Source of the DNA: Sphacelaria rigidula
Taxonomy: Eukaryota
Assembly: GCA_964200075.2 (NCBI GenBank)
Contig: CAXNAA020000014.1
Location: forward strand, 1-38,479
Reading direction: 5' to 3'
DNA: 38,479 bases
In this document: one piece after another, positions 24,101 to 36,100 of the stretch
Layout of the letters: each line of letters starts with the position of its first letter
How positions within the stretch are numbered: position 1 is the first letter of the stretch
Notes under the pieces: generated by a model
Seen by the model: only the letters and a program-made list of their open reading frames with translations
What the model was told of the DNA's origin: nothing
The model's database searches: none
Program-made: the position numbers and the translations under genes

Positions 24101-27100
24101 CACCAAGGTGTGTCTGGGCGGAACGAACGATGGACTCGTGGAAAATGAGTCTCAGGATGTAGTCAAGCTTCCCGGAATGAGCTGCTTGGTGGAATTATGG
24201 TGGGTGTTGCGGGGTTATGCATTGAGTACATACTTTGATGTGTGGGCTTTGGAGAAGTCTTGCCTTGAAATTAGGGTGTTCGTGAACCGGAGTGATCCAC
24301 AGTAGCAGCAGCTCCGGTCGTTGTTTACACCTGTCCAACACTTGATTAATCGCATCACACGGCACTCAGGCTTCCAGCGAGTACTTCGAGGCGCAGCGTC
24401 GCTACAACTATGTGACTCCCAAGTCCTACCTAGAGCTCATTGGCTTCTACAAGTTCCTGCTGGACCAAAAGCGCACAGAGGTGCAACGGCAGATCGATCG
24501 CCTCGACGTCGGACTGTCAACGCTGCGTAAGACGGCCGCTGATGTAGCGGAGCTGCAAGTGGACCTCACTCACACGATGGTCAAGGTATGCAAGTATGCT
24601 GCGGTTGTCTGTCTCCCTTGCTCGCCCTCGGCCATCGTAGGCTGCTGCGAAAGCACGTCCCACGCATCTCGTTTTGACGCGAGACATTGTTTGGGTCATT
24701 AACCAATGGTAGCGGATCTTGAGCGGAGACACCTGCTGCGAGGACCGCGGGTCCACTGAGTGTGTAACCCGTGTTGATACTGTTCGAATGTTCCGTCCGT
24801 TTTCTCGGTACGCATTGTACCACGTGTACTTGGCTTTCGAAGGTGGAGGAGAAGAAAGCAGCCACCGAGGTGTTGATTGAGGAGATGTCGGTACAGCGTG
24901 CTGGTGCTGGTGAGTCTTCATACGCGCCCCCCTGTGAATACGCTAAAAATCGATCGAATTCACGACAATTTATCTGCGGGGTCTACAAGTGTAGAGTACA
25001 TCATTGCGAGAGCATACACATATGATGCAATATACAGAGAACTAATAGGTGCGGGTGCAGATGGTAGGATATATTCAGTGTTGCGGGCATTCTGTCGCCG
25101 CTCTCTCGCTACTCGGTGAGGTCCATGGCAGATATGACAGAGCCTGGACACAATCCCAAAGCACGACCCACCACTCCCGCAATCACAATATCCTCGCCGC
25201 CTTCATACACACTCACCCTGGGTCATCTCTACATATGCCAGAGAAGCAGCAAGCTGCGGCAAGTATAGAGGCCGACAAAGCTTCTGTGGCGAGCGCTGAA
25301 GCAGCAGCGATTGAGAAAGACGCCGAAAAGGAGCTAGCCCAGGCCGAGCCTGCTATGAAGGCCGCTGCGGAAGCTGTGAACTGTCTATCTAAGAATATGC
25401 TCACGGAGCTCAAGACGCTGCCGAAACCACCTGCAGGAGTAGACAAGGCAAGCACTCCGTAACCCTCAGCCGACATGCTTTGGAAATGCTGTCGACTGCC
25501 CTAACGGGCTCGAGGTGAACACTTGCTTCGGTTGATTGGTGCAGCAGCTCTTCCGACGCTGTATAATTGCCCCCGGCATGAACACTAGCTACATTTCGCC
25601 GTACTTGGTCGAATTTCGTCAACGATATGGCCATGGGGGATTTTAGGTACATATATTTGTGTATTTTTTTATGGGTAATGCAGTGTGCATGGTGGGAATA
25701 CACGTCACGATCGAAAACCCTGCGGATGGCTTTTCAGGTTTTGCTCCCAGATGCCTTCAAACTAAAATTGTTGAAGCCGCGTTGGTGTGTGGCACTTGAT
25801 GCAATGTGCAGGTGACGAAGGCCGTGCTTATTTTGGTGGAAAAGGAATACAAAAACCACGCCTGGGACCGGGCGAAGAAGATGATGGCCAATGTCGATCA
25901 ATTCAAAAACAGGTAATGAATATTTGCTTTCATCGTCGTCACTGACTTTCGCTGTAGCAGGTGACCCTACGATGCTTTGTATCGACAAAAAAGACTATGC
26001 TTTGATTACTTCGAGCGTACTGCTACCGCATACGCATGAAGACTTACATCATCCTGCAATCACACCTGGCGTTTTCGTGCAGTGTGTACGTGTTTGGCTG
26101 ATATATTCGCTTGATGGTGCTGTGTCATATTTGGAAGTGTGCATGGGATCCGGGGGGGGGGGGGAAGCTGATTGCTCGGTGTCATTTTTTTCCAGTTGGG
26201 CATGTATTTCCCGATCATACCCTCAGTGATTCGCAGTACAGCGTGCCGGAGGAAGGAGGCGGATGTACAATGCTCATGTATTTACTGCGAGTCTTTGGTG
26301 ATACCGTTTCAAAGAAATAACAAGCAATGCTGTATCTATAATCAAAGGTGCCGGGTGACATGAAGGTATTTCTATCCGGGTTCACAGGATCCATGACTTC
26401 CCCATATTTTTCCTGCGGATACAAGTGTATCTGTATCCTAATGTCCGTCTGCTGACCGCTATACATTCGTTTCGCAGCCTGGTAGCATTCCGCGGCGAGG
26501 ACATCACAGAGGAGGAGATCAAGAAGCTAGAGCCCATCGTTAACGAGGACGGTTTCAGTGTCGACAACATGAAGAGCAAGTCTGCTGCTGCTGCCAACCT
26601 TTGTTCGTGGGTCATCTCAATTTATACGTACAACCGCATCTACGTGAAGGTGCGTGCGGCCCGCTCCCAGGAATTTGCGTGGTTGTAGACGACAGGCATC
26701 CAGACCCACAAACACACAAACGTACTACAGAAGCTGTATTCTGTTGTGCCCGCGCTTTTGGTCAAGGAGTCAGCGTTTCCCTCACATATCCATAGACTCC
26801 TAGCCGTTGTTAGGAGACTGATTATGTATGAATCGTCGGGAGCTCTATCCTCCACCATTTCTAGGTAAAACCTTTGATGGATAGCCTAGAGGGTGCTCGA
26901 AAAGCCAAGGCGGACGCGGACGCATCACTGAAAGTTTCCACCGACCAAGTCGCAGCTGTGGAAGCCAAGCTGCAGCAGCTGCAAGATAAATTCATGGAGG
27001 CAAGTTGAAGGGTATCGTGGTTCATCTCTGGCAAGCCTTCCAGCTGTTCGTAAATCCTTCGAAGCATAATCTTGCCGTCGTCGCTGATGTGTGCAACAAA

Positions 27101-30100
27101 CGCGTTAGCTTGTTAGGCGTCCTGTGCCTGTTTTTTGTTGAGTTGCGTGTCCGTGCAACTTTCGATGTCTACTGTACACCATTGTATTGAGTCTACCCCT
27201 GGAGGGCATGCATGCATGTACATGTGTGCATTTGCGAGGCGGGGGGGGGGGTAATTTACATCACCCTTGGCTCGTGAAGTAATTCCCATTCCACCCACGT
27301 GGGAGTCGGTACAATTGTGCGGCACTACACTGTGCTCCTCCCTGAACATATGGCACTCGCCTGCCCTATGTGAGTTCACGGTCCTGCGTGTCACTGAATG
27401 CTTCGCCTGGACCTCTGGGCGCACGACAATAAAAGCGATTACCAACGGCTCTCTGCATCGTGCATACGAACTGGACACTGGACCTGCATGACACTACACT
27501 TGCAGGCGACAGAAGAAAAGGCTAAGGTGGAGGCCGAGGCCGAGGCGTGTCTCACCCGTCTATCTCTCGCAGAGCGTCTCGTTGGCGGGCTGTCGAGCGA
27601 GAACGAACGATGGGGTAGCGAGATCGAGAAGCTCCGAAACAACGCTACCACCCTAGTGGGAGACTGCATGCTTGCCAGTGGTTTCGTGTCGTATGTGGGC
27701 GCTTTCGACCAGGGCAACCGAGATATTTTGTGGAAGTCGGTGTGGACTCCAGGTGACTAACGAACTACAGAAGCACAAGCAAAGTCGTGTGAGGTATCCT
27801 TTTGAAGCTCATAGCTACATTCAGATAGAAAAGTTGCCTTTGGATGTGCTGCCCACTATTGCACAGAGAGTGCTCGCACGTACTCTGTTTCGAAATCACA
27901 TACGCATCACCATGTGTGGCTGTCTTTCCCGCGCACTCGTCAACCTTTTCCCCGACTTTCCAACGCATTTTTTTGCCGTTGATGACCGCCGATCCCCGCG
28001 ATATAGTTTACACTCATGATGATGGCATACCAAGGACACGGTTCATATCAATTATGTTGCTGAAAAACACAACACACCGCAACAAAAATCTTGAAAATAC
28101 GATTTTTTTCTTCCTCCTTGTCGCTACCTCCGAGCAGACATCGAGGAACGAAAAATTCCTTTGACGGCGGGAGTGGACCCGTTGGATCTACTAACAAACG
28201 ACGGGAACAACGCCAAGATGACGAGCGAAGGATTGCCGGCAGATCGCATCTCTCTAGAGAACGGCTCTATCATCACCAACTGCAAGCGGTGGCCACTGAT
28301 CATCGACCCGCAGCAGCAGGTACCGCGCTTGGATTCCATCGCCAGACGACACCAAAATAGTCTCTTTACTTTAGTATAGCATACGTACGATAGAGCACGT
28401 TGGTGCGTGGGCTTACATGCACTACCGCTGGAAATTCATCTCAAGCGTTGGGCTGAGAAGTGCTCTGACCCCGTTTAAACGGATCCCTGCGCTTGACACC
28501 CATTTCTTGTTTTTGCGCTATTATATTAATATCACGCAAGGGGATCAAATGGCTCCGAAAACGAGAAGAGGACAACGGGTTATCGGTTATCCAGCTCAGC
28601 CAGAAAAAATGGTTGCGCAACGTAGAGCAAGCCATTGTCGGGGGGAACACTCTGATCATCGAAAATATCGGCGAGGAAATCGACCCGACACTCGACCCTG
28701 TCCTCGGGCGCGCAATCTACAAAAAAGGACGGTAAGCAGAAGCATTTTGTCACTACTTGTGGGAATATTAAACGCTGTGGCTTTCCTTTTTTCTTCGAAG
28801 GGCATCCTTCGATGTTAGTGTTACTCTCCTTTCCTTTTTGTATCTCTCGACCCCCCAGTCGAAGTTCTGAACATTCGCGAACCACAGTAGTTCGACACGT
28901 TTGCGTAGTGCATGGTGTGCATCACCCAGAACTGTGAGCAGCATCACAGCCCCCTGCATATGCGCTTTCCGAGCTATGGCAAACACGAAACGCACCCCAC
29001 CGCATGTAATCAACAATTCTCGTTCGCTTCTGCCTTTTGTTCAGTTCATTATTCCTGAAGTTGGGTGGAGAAGAGGTGGAGTACGACCCGGGGTTCCGAC
29101 TGTATCTGCAAACGAAGCTCTCCAACCCTCACTACAAACCAGAGATTGCCGCCCAGGTGAAGAAGTGCTAGGGTTCCACCACCACCATGTACCACTCAGG
29201 GTTCAGCACGGGGATTTCAGCAGTTGCGGTACCAAACCGCCTCGTCGCCAGGCGTATTATTTGTGGAAAGGGGCATATTCGACTTTGAGCAAAGTGGCAG
29301 ACAGCCTACCTTGTGCCATAAGTGCTGCTTCGGAATGGATCTGGACCTGGTTGATTGATGATCCAAATAGGCGGGAACTTGCTCTGCGGGCACCAGGACA
29401 TCCATGCGTGTAGATACTCGGAGAAGAAGGCGTGAGAAAATCAGCGCCGCGTGGCACGCCACTTGACTGGGCCCTCTCTCCATGATATACGTTGCTTGTA
29501 TGGTGTCACTTTCCACTGTCAAACTAGTGTCACGTGCTGGTATTCAGCGCTTGACGTGCGTGCACCCATGCGATTTCACCTCCCCCTCTCCTCATGCAGT
29601 GCACATTGATCAACTTTATTGCCACCGAGAGGGGCCTCGAAGACCAATTGCTTGCAAAGGTAGTGGGTGTGGAGAGACCAGAGCTAGAGAAACAGGCACA
29701 GGAGCTACAGGCGGCCTTCAACCAGGCAAGCTGGCCGTCGTGCGTGTGAATCAATGATCACGAGGAAAAGCCTGTTATTTTGATGACATCGAACCAACCA
29801 CTGTTGGGCGCCGAAAGAGCGCTTTTCTCGGACTATTGTACTTACATTCTCACGTACAATAATAAGAACAAAAACAAAAAAGATTGTTCCTCTCGCAACA
29901 TTCACGGAATGACTTTGTACTCTTAGCGCTTGCACTGTGGGCAGATTTCTGTTGTGTCAACATTCTCCCGGCACATCCCGCCTTGTTTGTTAGGTTTCAC
30001 GCAGTATTTGAGAAAAAAGACTTGCAGACCAAAAGCACCGTGCCCCTCTCGTACTCAGTGACAAGTTCCTCAATCATCTGATATTCGTTCATATATAATC

Positions 30101-33100
30101 AACAGTACAAAATTGAGTTGGTACAGCTGGAGGACGACCTGCTGGAGAGGTTGGCTAACGCTCCAGACGACATCTTGAGTGACGTGCCGCTTATTGAGGG
30201 CCTCGAAGCCACGAAGGTGATAATCGAGTTCCATGCATGAAACCAAAGAGACGACGTCAACACCCATGTGTGGGGGCTTCTCCTGTGAATATATCGTGGT
30301 AAGTTGGTGGGTATCGCACATCGCAAGGTTTCGCACTGTTACGACATGTCCGCGAGGGTGGCGCTTTGCCCCTTATCCAATGCCCCTGCCACACAGGGAC
30401 GAGTGTTAGACTGGTGGCGATCGCTGTTTTGACAGCAATGTTCCGTCCTCCCTGAAACGCGTGGAAAATGGTTTAACATCGAAGGCACGCGAACACATAA
30501 AGACGCCCCCACCCCTACCACGCGGATCCTGGCAATCTTGTATGTGCAATAAATACAGGCGGCAGCTAAGGAAATTGCTGCTGCGGTGGAGAAGGGCAAG
30601 CTCACCGAGATCGAGATCAACGTTGCTCGCGAGCTGTACCGAAAGCAGGCAACTGAAGGCGCGATGCTCTATTTCCTGCTCACCAAACTGTAAGCTACCT
30701 GGATCCGTGAAAAGAAATATATGGATTTTTCCACGCAGTTGTAGATACATTGAGTAGGTTACCACCAGATAATATTCACTTGTTTGTTGGGGTTGTTCTG
30801 TATTGTATCCACACGGTTGCTGCTGTATAGTTACTGGTACCACGTATGCTCGCCAAAAGCGACCCGCCTCAACATCAACAAAGCGCGCTGCTCAGTCCCA
30901 CGTCGCGATTTGGCTGTACCGTCAATATCCCCTCGGGATCTGTATTTCCAGAGCCATCTCTACGATACATACAAACCCAACAACGAGAACAAACATCATT
31001 TGGCCGACACCTGACAAGGAATTAATAATTACAAGCCAAGCTGCAGGTACTCACGACATCCACTCCGCGACCACGCATACCACGTTCGCTGGAGTCGATC
31101 GGGTGAGCTAGCTGAGCCGCGGTAAGTTCTTGCCCTCGCTGACGTCTGCGCTATATCCACGTAATTCCGCCGCTATCTGGGAAAAACTAAACAAGACAGG
31201 TGCCTGATCGACCACATGTACCAGTACTCCCTCGACTCGTTCGTCACCTTCTTTGTGAAGTCCATTTCTAAGGCCAAGCCAGCCGACAACGTTGAGGGGA
31301 GGGTTCTCAATCTCCGCGACGCTCTTCGTATGACCATTTTCACGTGGGTTAGTCGTGGATTGTTCGAGCGACACAAGCTGATTTTCCTGTCGCAGCTGGC
31401 GTTCAACTTGATGAAAAGAGGGGTACTCGGCGAAGAGCACATCATTAACGAGCTGCACTTCCAGTTCCTACTGCGAGGGCCTCGAAAGCAGGCAAGTCGA
31501 CCACGATCCTTTTGTTTGCTGTCCATATTCGATCCACGGAGACCGCGCACACTATACATGGATATCTGGTGTGCATTCGACATATATGTATAAAGAAAAT
31601 ACTTAGCTCTATATCTATACCTCAGATCGATTCAAGGTATGCTCAGACCACTTCTTGAATCCGCTTACCCACATCCGACCTAACCTGTTGGAGGCCTTTG
31701 GGTGTTTATGGTTAGTGTCCTGTAGATTCCTCTCTTCCTTCGGAACCATCCCGCGCTGGAGGCTGTACTGAGGACAAGACTCGTCTGTTTGGAATGCACA
31801 CGTGGGCGTCGACTATCAAATCGCATGTGTAAACCCTCAACGTACCAGGTGTTGGCGTTTGTGATGTCACACAACAATACAAAGATAGCGAATTACTAGT
31901 TTTATTTTTTTCGGTCACGTCAGGTGGATGACAACCCGTTGTCGTGGCTTCCAGAGACCGCATGGCAGGCTGTGGCGTCTTTGGGGGAGCTAGAAGAGTT
32001 TGCCAAGTTCAGTTCCGATCTTGTGGAGGCCGGACCGCGGTTCCGGGAGTGGTTCAATCATATCACACCGGAGACAGAAAAGCTCCCTCTGGATTGGTAA
32101 GCTACAAGAGCTCTACTGTGAGCGGACGTTGTCATGGCCACTCCATCCAATAGTACAGAAGTTACGTATACGCCACCAGTAAGGTCAACGTCCGATGATA
32201 CTGTTGCATGCGCAACGTGAGAACAATAATCAAGTATATTGCATGACATGACCGGGATACTATGAGAAAGATAACGGGGTTTATCGGGGGTCGAATTATC
32301 TTACGAGGGACCATACTGTCAGTTGGTGCCCACTATCTTCTTTCAATAGCCGATCATCGAAACTTAGGACGAAACTTTTCATTGAGGATGAGAAACTGAA
32401 TAATTAAAATCTTCGTATCCACATCAACTATTCGAAATATGGTTCCATTCCTTCACCTACTGGTAGCTATTGATGATACTACACGTCATACAAATTTGGA
32501 TTTCGATAAACGAAATGTTGGGGTCCTAGGTGAATAACCAATTTCGGTAAATTTCGGCGACCCGATCGGATCACCTACATTCCCCAAAATTGTTTCTTCA
32601 TCTAGGACCCCAAAAATTCGTTTATCGACATCCAAATTTGTATGACGTGTAGTAATTATCAATAGCTACCAGTAGGTGAAGGAATGACCCCACATTTCGA
32701 AGATTCGGTGTGGATACGAAGATTTTAATCCTCTAGGTTCTCATCCTCAATGAAAAGCTCCATCCTCAATTTCGATGATCGGTTGTTACTTTACGCCATC
32801 CCTTTTTGATATATATTTCCCCTGGTATCACCGGCATTCAAGTTCGTACTGGTAAGGAGTATATATACTCAACAGCCTTCGAACACGCTCGGTTTTACGT
32901 TTGGATATATCACAGTTACTGTGCATTCCGTTATTTGGCGTTCGGCAAATCCTCGTACGTATGCAAAAACACCCAGGGCCGGTTTGGATAGAGTGCCCTT
33001 CCAGAAAATGCTGGTTGTGCGCTCTCTGCGACCAGATAGGATGAACGTGGCCTTAGCCAACTTTATCCGGGGATCCCTGCCTGAGGGTAACTCGTACGTG

Positions 33101-36100
33101 GATTGCGACTCCACGCTTAACTCGTTCCAGGCAAGTCTTGACACAACAGCAACAAAGAGTCAAAATCATTCCAAAAATTCTAGGGATGACGTAGCGTTTC
33201 TTGGGTGGAACCTTCTACTTCCATTCGTTCTTTCACCCTTCACAACCGAGGGACCAGGCCCACGTCCGATTTTTTTCGATTTTTCCTAACCGACTCCAGC
33301 TCGCAACATGATCGCAGCCCGTCATGCCTGAGACAGTCTTTCGAATCGGGAGATTTTGAAAGCAGAGCGATCTTGTTCAAGATATTCACCGGCGCAGCTG
33401 GCCCCCTAAAATACTCCACCGTGCATTCATCGTTAATGTTCAGACGTTCAAATATTATGTATCCAGATCGTTTTAAGTATCGTCTTTCGACACAGTTTAC
33501 CATGGCTTTTGAAATTTCGACTGCCAGATTGCCGAGTCTTTCGATTTTGCAGTGCACACAGTATCAAATGCTTGTGAAACCCTCCTCTCCATGTGCTCGC
33601 CTCCGATCCATGTACATGTGTGAAAGCACCGAAATCTGAAGCAAACTCTGGAGGTAACGCTTGGGAGCAAGCGGCAAAAAGAACATGTTAGGAACTAACG
33701 AAGAAGTGCATATTGACACGTTCATAGTCGAAGCGCCTTGGGTTTCTCTTTTTTCCCTTTCCACGTGAGAACCACTGTTGGGTGACAGCAAGGTAATGGT
33801 ACCATGACCCCAAACGCAAGGGCTGGTTTACAGTTCCACTCTCAATACCCTCTGTGCACAACACTATACTACGAAACCAGATATTGGAGGAGTCGTTGTT
33901 GGACTCGACCACCACTACCCCCATCTACTTCATCCTGTCGCCCGGTGCAAACGTAGTGGGGGATCTAGACAAGCTGGGCGACAAATACGACTTCGTCAAG
34001 AACGAGTCATACCACAACGTCTCCATGGGGCAGGGGCAGGTAACTAGTGGAGAGACTCCAACCTTCAAAGATATTCGTTCATTCTCCGCCTATGCACTTT
34101 GCATACTGTGCACATTGCTTTTTGAACAATTTTTTTTGTCAAATCAGGCCAAAACGTGTGCCGTGTCCTTCGAACAAGCTACGAGGATGCCCCTACGAAG
34201 TGATTTTCCGATCATGGCGACTCGAAGACATGGTTGCCGAGAAAATTCCGTTGTGCTCAGACCTACTTGGAGAGCGTCTCGAAACCTGCAAAACGATCGG
34301 CAGAGAACACAGCGGTGTGGCCGTCAGAATGCTGTTCTGTATTCAGTCAGCCACACAACGTTCATGGGATTTTTTTGTGTGAGATTTCCGGCAATCAACG
34401 AGACCAGACCGCATATCCCATCAAAGTTATCGAAGTCATCGCGGTGTTGTTTGTATCCCTTTTTTGTCAGGACGTCGTGGCTATGTCCTGCCTTGAGCTC
34501 GCACACCGAAACGGGCACTGGGTGATCCTCAATAACATTCACCTCATGCCAAGTTGGTTGATTGAGCTGGAGAAGAAGCTGGACGAATTTGCCATTGAAG
34601 GGAGCCACGAGAAATTCCGTTTATACCTGTCTTCTGACCCCTCCAACGCCATCCCCATCGGAGTGCTGAGTCGATGTATCAAGCTCACGAATGAACCGCC
34701 CGCGGGGCTAAAAGCAAACCTCAAGAGAGCCTTTGCGAATTTCAGCAGAGACTACATCGAAGAGGTAGGTACAGTAATCTACTCGCGACAGACTGTACAT
34801 GTATTTGTTGTCAGTATGTACGTATTTCCTGCTCGTTTTTTCGTGAAAAGGGGGGGGGGTATTTTCGACACGTCAATCATCACTAAACCTCGAAGCAGCC
34901 GCGTAGCGGCGCCTGAGCACAGTGCAAAGGAGGGTAGGGAAGAGAACGCCTTTGTGTCGCTGTGTAAATCGTATGTTTTGAGCGGCATGCAGCCAACCTG
35001 AAAACATCATGTCTGAAGATGTGTATCAGTCTACAGTAGTGAAAAAGGGGGTAAGTACTTGGGGCATGGTGACACGCTGCCGGCCAGCTCTGATGGCGCA
35101 TCCCCGAAGTGATGGTAAGCAGGGACGGATATGATGATGCCGGCTGCCGGCTGGGTTGATGGGGTCATGCCGTATGGGTAACCTTTATCGTCATTTAAAA
35201 CCTGATAGCAATGCCATCAGCAAGCGCTACTCTTTCGTTCGAGGACTTCCGTGTATTGGCCACTACACAGAAATATTCCTTGTTTAGGACCTCCACTGAG
35301 CTGAACCTGCAGAAAACATTCGAACAAATGGCGATTGTGTAAAGCTTGACAGATTGCGTGGTGTCACGTACCGCCTGTCGTGCCATGCCCTCTAGGCCGA
35401 CAGCAAGACCAAGAGTATCTTGTTTGGCTTGTGCCATTTCCACGCCATCATGATGGAGCGCAAGCTGTACGGACCGATGGGATTCAACATGATGTATCCC
35501 TTCTCCATTGGTGACTTGCGGGACTCGGCCGTGTGCCTCACCAACTATATGGAAAACTCAGGCGGAGGAAAAATTCCTTGGCAAGACCTGAAGTACATTT
35601 TCGGGGAAATCATGTGCGTCCAATTTTGAACGATAGTGGTGCTGCAATCGATTGGAATGTTCGACGCCCGTCGCACCCGTGATTACTTTGTGTCCTGGAC
35701 GGAAAATTCCGCACGGCGCTGTCGCACCATCTAGCGTGCTATGTTTCCTCTCCCTGTAATGAACTGTAGTGCTCTGCACACGTTGTCGTCATCGCTGTCG
35801 TTGGTGGCCGTGGGGTGTTGGTGGCGTTCGTGCTCCATTTCCAACAGATTGCACAGAGGAATGATACGACCGTATGAGGGTTGCTAAACGCAGTCAAGGA
35901 CATTTACCCATGATTCCAGATCATGCCGCCATTGTGCCGGACTCGTGCTGTTACCCACTGTTTTGTGTGCAACGTCCGCGTGCAAGGTATGGAGGACATA
36001 TTGTGAACGACTTCGACCGTCTGCTGGCGAACGAGTACCTTGACTGGTACATGAAGGACGAGCTATTGGACGAAACAGAGATGTACCCGTTTGCCGAGGA

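Noticed and set aside
6501..34859. Poly-G/poly-C runs (about 6502, 20162, 26152, 27241, 34850) as G-quadruplex or splicing enhancers
   Set aside because: Isolated homopolymers with no consistent position relative to splice sites.
35131..35205. Possible C/D box snoRNA (ATGATGA...CTGA) in intron 58
   Set aside because: No convincing terminal stem and no clean rRNA-complementary guide. Such box pairs arise by chance in 23 kb of intron.
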